This document shows, one piece after another, positions 59,801 to 64,000 of a stretch of 64,000 nucleotides of DNA. The notes under the pieces were generated by a model. It ran no database searches, had not been told where the DNA came from, and saw only the letters and a list, made by a program, of their open reading frames with translations. The stretch is from positions 30,690,001-30,754,000 of the forward strand of contig OZ320313.1 of NCBI GenBank assembly GCA_976226885.1, in the 5' to 3' direction. This DNA comes from Iphione sp. A-MEVVRFRX5. Taxonomy: Eukaryota. The stretch's first letter is position 1, and every line of letters starts with the position of its first letter. A program made the translations under genes and the position numbers.

Positions 59801-62497
59801 TCTCTACTCAGACGTGCTGGACTCTTAAAATCCCAACCAGCCAAGATTTGCGTATCTCATAAGATTCTTCCCTTGCCTCATGTTAAGTTGTATCGACCCT
59901 ATCTCAACAGTTGTCTCCCTGTGTGGGTTTTTTTTTTATTTCCTCTGGTTACGGTTCCAGCTGGCATCTGATGTGTATGGCACCAATAGTCAGGCTAGCG
60001 TAAGGACAGCGGTAACGGCCACCCTCACCCAGCTCCTATGTACAGTCGCCGGCAAGCTTCGGGAGAAGCATGCCCTCGGGGTAAGGTGCCACCCTACAGT
60101 ATCACAGCAACCACCCTATCTTACACAAATCCGTCCTTCCATAGGCCCATGCTCCTAGTTACCACATACTAAATACCAAACGAGTTCCACTTGCTGCTTG
60201 ATGAAATGTACATATTTATACGTGGGTATGTGTATACATGTACATCTTCATAGAATATCAGCAAGTACGAGCAGACAGTATAATCGATTTTACATACGCA
60301 ATATAGATTTACATATCCTGGTATTCTTCTTTGCCTGTATGCACACATATCGTGCAGATATGGGCTTATTCTTCACATATAAATCCTAGAGTGGATCTCT
60401 GCTTCGTCATGAAGTTTTTTAAAATATAAAAAAAACTGTAAAAATGCATAGAATGAAACGTTTTAGTCTCAAACCATAATGGAACCTTGCCACTCAATGC
60501 CCTGGAAGTCATCTTAGATTTATTTGTACGATAATGAAAAATCTGTTACTTTATTTTGAAGGAGCAGGCTGAAACTGATGAGGTCATCGCAGATTTCACC
60601 AGTGACGGTAAACTTCAATACATATATTTACTTCTATATACACTATGTGCAAAGGAGAAATTTCTCTATATTATTGATTGTAAAATTTACTATCTACTTC
60701 CAAATACATTCAGGAACTTCTCCAGCCATCTGTTTGTTTTAAACATTTGGAAGTTAATGTTGGCAAGAATGTTAAATAGATCCATTCCAGATCAACTGCG
60801 GTACAGTTATTTTTGCCTGGCCTGACCACTTGGTCGGGTAATAGAAACATTAAAATTGGATTATTACACCTGCTAATCGGCTGTTTTGTCGCCATATTAG
60901 TCTTTCAACATACTATTAAAAATATATCTTATTTAAGTTTAGTCTTGTTATACAATACCAAAGAAGCCAGATTACCAGGTCACTCTACCCAAGTGAATGC
61001 ACTTGGGTCTGGATTAAAATAGTTATGAAGTACAATTTGATTAAATGTTGTATTTCCACGTTTAGCGTCAACAGAGGCTGCGGCGCTCTCCAAGGATGTG
61101 GTGGACATCTTGCGCTTCCTCTGCACCAAGCTACAGGAAGCTACCACTGCCAACATGTTATCATCGTCAGGAACGGCAGGGTCCAGTTCGAATGGGCGAC
61201 ATCCAGAACCACTGCTTTTAGAGGGAATCCACGCCATCCTCAGCAACGTGCCCGCCATGCTGCATGACAACACGGCCTTCACTGACCTCATTTGGTGAGC
61301 TGCCTTTTCTGGAATACATTTTGAGATGGACTAGAAATGAAGTACAATGAAGTTCTTCTACCCTTCATTGTCCAGCAAGGACTACTAATCTGTTTTTGAT
61401 TTTTTGTAGGGGGTCAGTTCAACTTCTCAGTAAGACCTAAAACATGTTGCATCTCATGAACTGTACGCTCCAATTTTCAAATAGTTAAATAAATTGTACT
61501 GATCAGGATTGGCTTTTTAGTATAGAAAGATTTAGTAATGAGATAGGACTGCATGTGTATCCATTATTCTTCATTATCTAACAGAAATAAAACGGGAAAG
61601 TGTCATGCGACAAGCTGGGATTTACCAGGGCATATTGAAGTTTATGGATCGATACGAAGTGTACATATATCGAGTTTAGCAGTGTATCACTGTACAAAAC
61701 ATACAGATTTCTTATACCCCCATGGTTGTATAGTCAGCTACTGCAGTAATAGGGGAAAACACTGCACAGGTATGCCTCTGTTAACGGAGCAGATGCATTC
61801 TGTGAAATCACTTCGTACTGATAAACTTTGGTATAAGAAGTATACCATTTGAGCTGCAATATTCAAGGCTTTTAGCTTAGTATTTAATTGTAATTTGTGT
61901 GCCCTTAAAGTGAGTAATACGTCTATTAATCCCTAGTTTCATCAGTTATAGTTGAAGATGAGGTTTAGCAAAATCTGTAGAATCAGCTTACTCCACGATA
62001 ATGAGGTTTCGTTCTCAGAGGATTCGTTTATGGACTGTACATACTTTACAGTGTAATGTCCTGTCAGTTTCTTTACCTTATTATACTGTGTCACTTGCAC
62101 AGCATGCGGCAATCAGCACTTTAGAATAAAGTTATGTATTGGCTGAGTTCCTGTTGAAAACCATCCGGAAGATTATATAGTGACTCAATAAAATGTTCAA
62201 ATATTTGAAAAATGCAATCATCAAACGAAACAATGATCAATTCTAGGACCGCTTCTTTAGTATAACATTCATCTTCCTGTTTCTATGTACAGAATAGTTG
62301 ATCAATCTTCTCGGTCTCATCCTCCCATATAGGCAGGACCTGTGCCCTAGCCTAGTTGTTCTACTGGGGAATCCCCTTCATGACAAGTCCATCACCTCCC
62401 AGAAGCCGGGCTCCTCTCAAGAAGACCTGGGACGTGGTTCAGGCTGCTCCAGCTCGGCCCCTAACGTCACCACAGCCTGCGCCAAGACCATATATAA
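50766..62497 (+). CDS. ARFGEF3: ARFGEF3/BIG3 (brefeldin A-inhibited GEF 3), exons 1-9, continues beyond window
   Basis: Exon translations match the remembered BIG3 N-terminus: PLQLAIESRSVRLAQHALVGLQ, QILNAL...DELQVEVMK, TAVTATLTQLL, FTDLIWQDLCPSLVVLLGNPLHDKSIT...GRGSGCS; phases chain. Confidence 0.93.
51923..52664. mobile_element. Second copy of same MITE family with internal 63-bp minisatellite
   Basis: TIR caggagaatct(t/c)actttg(c/t)gacc, TA both sides; ctctcacc units at 52136, 52199, 52262, 52325, 52388. Confidence 0.85.
53770..54000. repeat. Degenerate ~60-bp G-rich tandem repeat (3-4 units)
   Basis: (c/g)tgactgaa at 53833, 53893, 53952 followed by G-runs. Confidence 0.6.
54424..54475 (+). 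CDS. ARFGEF3: ARFGEF3 exon 2 (EMLRFEEVSGATEPYQIR)
   Basis: ttttccag|...|gtagag, 52 nt, phase 1-2 as required. Confidence 0.75.
54763..54844 (+). CDS. ARFGEF3: ARFGEF3 exon 3 (ECCLVPLQLAIESRSVRLAQHALVGLQ)
   Basis: aacacag|...|gtttgt, 82 nt, phase 2-0. Confidence 0.93.
55396..55530 (+). CDS. ARFGEF3: ARFGEF3 exon 4 (RILAEDRF...LQVEVMK)
   Basis: ttctag|...|gtcagt, 135 nt, phase 0-0. Confidence 0.93.
56394..56462 (+). CDS. ARFGEF3: ARFGEF3 exon 5 (IILNMTFSSNWCMNVKVITKITE)
   Basis: ctcttatag|...|gtaagt, 69 nt, phase 0-0. Confidence 0.85.
56796..56930 (+). CDS. Candidate alternative (duplicated) ARFGEF3 exon 6a (LSFSIFLANDKPGLRRFIARALTQILSVF...)
   Basis: cccatttcag|...CAG|gtacga, 135 nt, phase 0-0, open frame; weak similarity to exon 6. 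Confidence 0.45.
57778..58364 (+). repeat. Dispersed repeat (copy B): T-run, terminal GTCCCCC/GGGGGAC hairpin, internal CA/CT microsatellite
   Basis: Reverse complement of 27094-27850. Confidence 0.8.
59961..60080 (+). CDS. ARFGEF3: ARFGEF3 exon 6 (LASDVYGTNSQASVRTAVTATLTQLL...)
   Basis: gttccag|...|gtaagg, 120 nt, phase 0-0. Confidence 0.9.
60562..60607 (+). CDS. ARFGEF3: ARFGEF3 exon 7 (EQAETDEVIADFTSD)
   Basis: ttttgaag|...|gtaaac, 46 nt, phase 0-1. Confidence 0.78.
61066..61294 (+). CDS. ARFGEF3: ARFGEF3 exon 8 (STEAAALSKDVVDILRFLCTKLQ...FTDLIW)
   Basis: cgtttag|...|gtgagc, 229 nt, phase 1-2. Confidence 0.92.
62333..62497 (+). CDS. ARFGEF3: ARFGEF3 exon 9 (QDLCPSLVVLLGNPLHDKSIT...AKTIY)
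   Basis: catatag|...|gtaggt, 165 nt, phase 2-2. Confidence 0.93.
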
Positions 62498-62648
62498 GTA
62501 GGTGTACTCTTCCAACATTACATTCATCAACTGAGTGAGCAAATGTCAGTGAATAATAGGAGGTCCTTGTGGCTGGCATAACCCCAATCAAAATGGATGG
62601 CATATTTTACAAATTCTGCCTCTTATTTATTGTAGTTGTTGAGAAGAA

Positions 62649-64000
62649 ACTTTAGTTCCAGGGGTGGACAGAAGGTGTCCATCTGAGATACAATACAGGT
62701 GGTGCCACGGTAGCAGACTTTCACACACAGCTCACTTTAAGTTCAGTAGTCACTGTGGCAAGACATCTCCACACAGTTGCCTCTAGTGAAACCTTTTTTT
62801 CTTTCTGTTCTGTCACTTAGAATATCATTTGTATTCACTGATAAGTGCATCTAGGATCAAGAATAGGCTTTCTGGATCACTGTAGCGTAAGATGGATATA
62901 TTTTTTCCATTTCATACTGCTTCTTCAACTATGGACCTGGCATGCTTGGTGGAGAGGGAGAGAGATGATAAGATCAACTTACACCTTTCAACAAGTTGTA
63001 AGAGGGATAGTAAGTCATCTTGCACAATGACTAAGTCAAAGAAGGTTGAGGGTTCCTCCTCTGGCAGTGTTTCTGCGGTTGATGAGTCAAAAGATGTCCC
63101 TGGAAGCACTTCAAGTGTGAGAAGGCCAGGCGACTCATCTACTATTGCTCTTACCAAACTGGCAAGGTCAGGAGGGTTGTGCTTTGACACTCTTACTGTT
63201 GCTGTTGATCAAGGCGCTTTAGGGCGACTTGTGTCAGTATAGCTGTCGCTAATCAGGTGACCTTGCAGTTGCTCAGGATGCTTTGGGGCTGACCAGGGTT
63301 CCCATTGTTGCTAATCAGTAAGTGTTAGCTTTTGTCGGTCAGGCCCCATGTCAGCTTACTTCAGCTTCTGTCACTGTAGGAAGTTGATTGTTGATAGAGG
63401 ATTTGGCTTTGCATTCAAATGCTCATGGCTTGACTTATGTCGCTGGTATGGGTTGATCATCGATGGACAAATTGGGTTTGGATGCTCCTCCAATCTAAAA
63501 AGGGCAGATGTGCCTCCAAGCTTAAGTTATTGCCTTTTGTGGCTCAAGCAAGTGTCTGTGTTGTCAGCTGTCTCAAAGTATACACCACTGGGAGAGCATC
63601 GTTTAGAGTTAAGCGAGGGGATGACTCTTTGTTCATCTCTTTTACTGACTGTCATAAATCTGTTTCCACTTCTACTCTAGCTAGGTGAACAAAGGAGGTC
63701 ATGGCCTTGTCTGGTATTGTTATACATGTTTTCTCAACTCATTCCACTAGGTCTGCCTCTGTCTAACCTGGCAAAATGGGTATGCCGCTGTCAGAGATCA
63801 TGAAAAGGGGCATATGGAGTCATGTGAATACTTTCAAGCTTTTCTACTTGAAGGATATTCAGGTTGACAATCAGCAATAGGTCATTTGTGCAACCCATGA
63901 GGCTTCAGGCTTTGAAGTCTCAGGTAGACAGACACCTTGTGTCAGCCCCTAGTACTAAAGTTAGTAGATTACATAGACTTCTGAGTGAAATGTAGTCATG
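62649..64000 (+). mobile_element. Internally deleted DIRS1-like element (runs off window)
   Basis: 5' actttag terminus, MDLA gag start at 62931, YR C-terminus ([12 protein letters not shown]...HSTRS...[13 protein letters not shown]) at 63490-63880, ICR from ~63918. Confidence 0.88.

Noticed and set aside
1-64000. tRNA, rRNA or snRNA genes
   Set aside because: None recognisable by eye; a covariance-model scan would be needed to exclude small ncRNAs

Overview
This is intron-rich animal (invertebrate-like) genomic DNA with six N-gaps; the species cannot be determined from the sequence. It holds two head-to-head membrane-trafficking genes. (1) An intersectin (ITSN1/ITSN2/Dap160 family) lies on the minus strand. 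I reconstructed 23 coding exons from the ATG at 47140 down to about 366, and their splice phases chain into one frame of about 1000 codons: EH1, EH2, coiled coil, then a long Trp/Phe-motif-rich linker. The SH3 domains must lie beyond the left edge. The frame needs an 8-nt microexon and at least one GC-AG intron. (2) ARFGEF3/BIG3 lies on the plus strand, with exons 1-9 at about 50766-62497, continuing off the right edge. The introns carry many mobile elements: a near-full-length but decayed DIRS1-like tyrosine-recombinase retrotransposon (4159-9929) with intact ITR/ICR termini and an 81-bp tandem array in gag; several relatives (a 250-bp termini-only mini element, orphan 5' ends, an internally deleted copy at 62649 onward); a CR1/L2-like LINE fragment; a Penelope-like GIY-YIG fragment; a minimal hammerhead ribozyme; and TA-flanked MITEs with internal minisatellites. 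The best candidates for something undescribed are the sense-strand intronic hammerhead, the frame-essential microexon, an alternative MEF2/TATA-CCAAT promoter exon for intersectin, a divergent duplicate exon in ARFGEF3, the DIRS family with its mini derivative, and a strong excess of TACATGTA. All calls come from manual reading and remembered family features; no searches were run.
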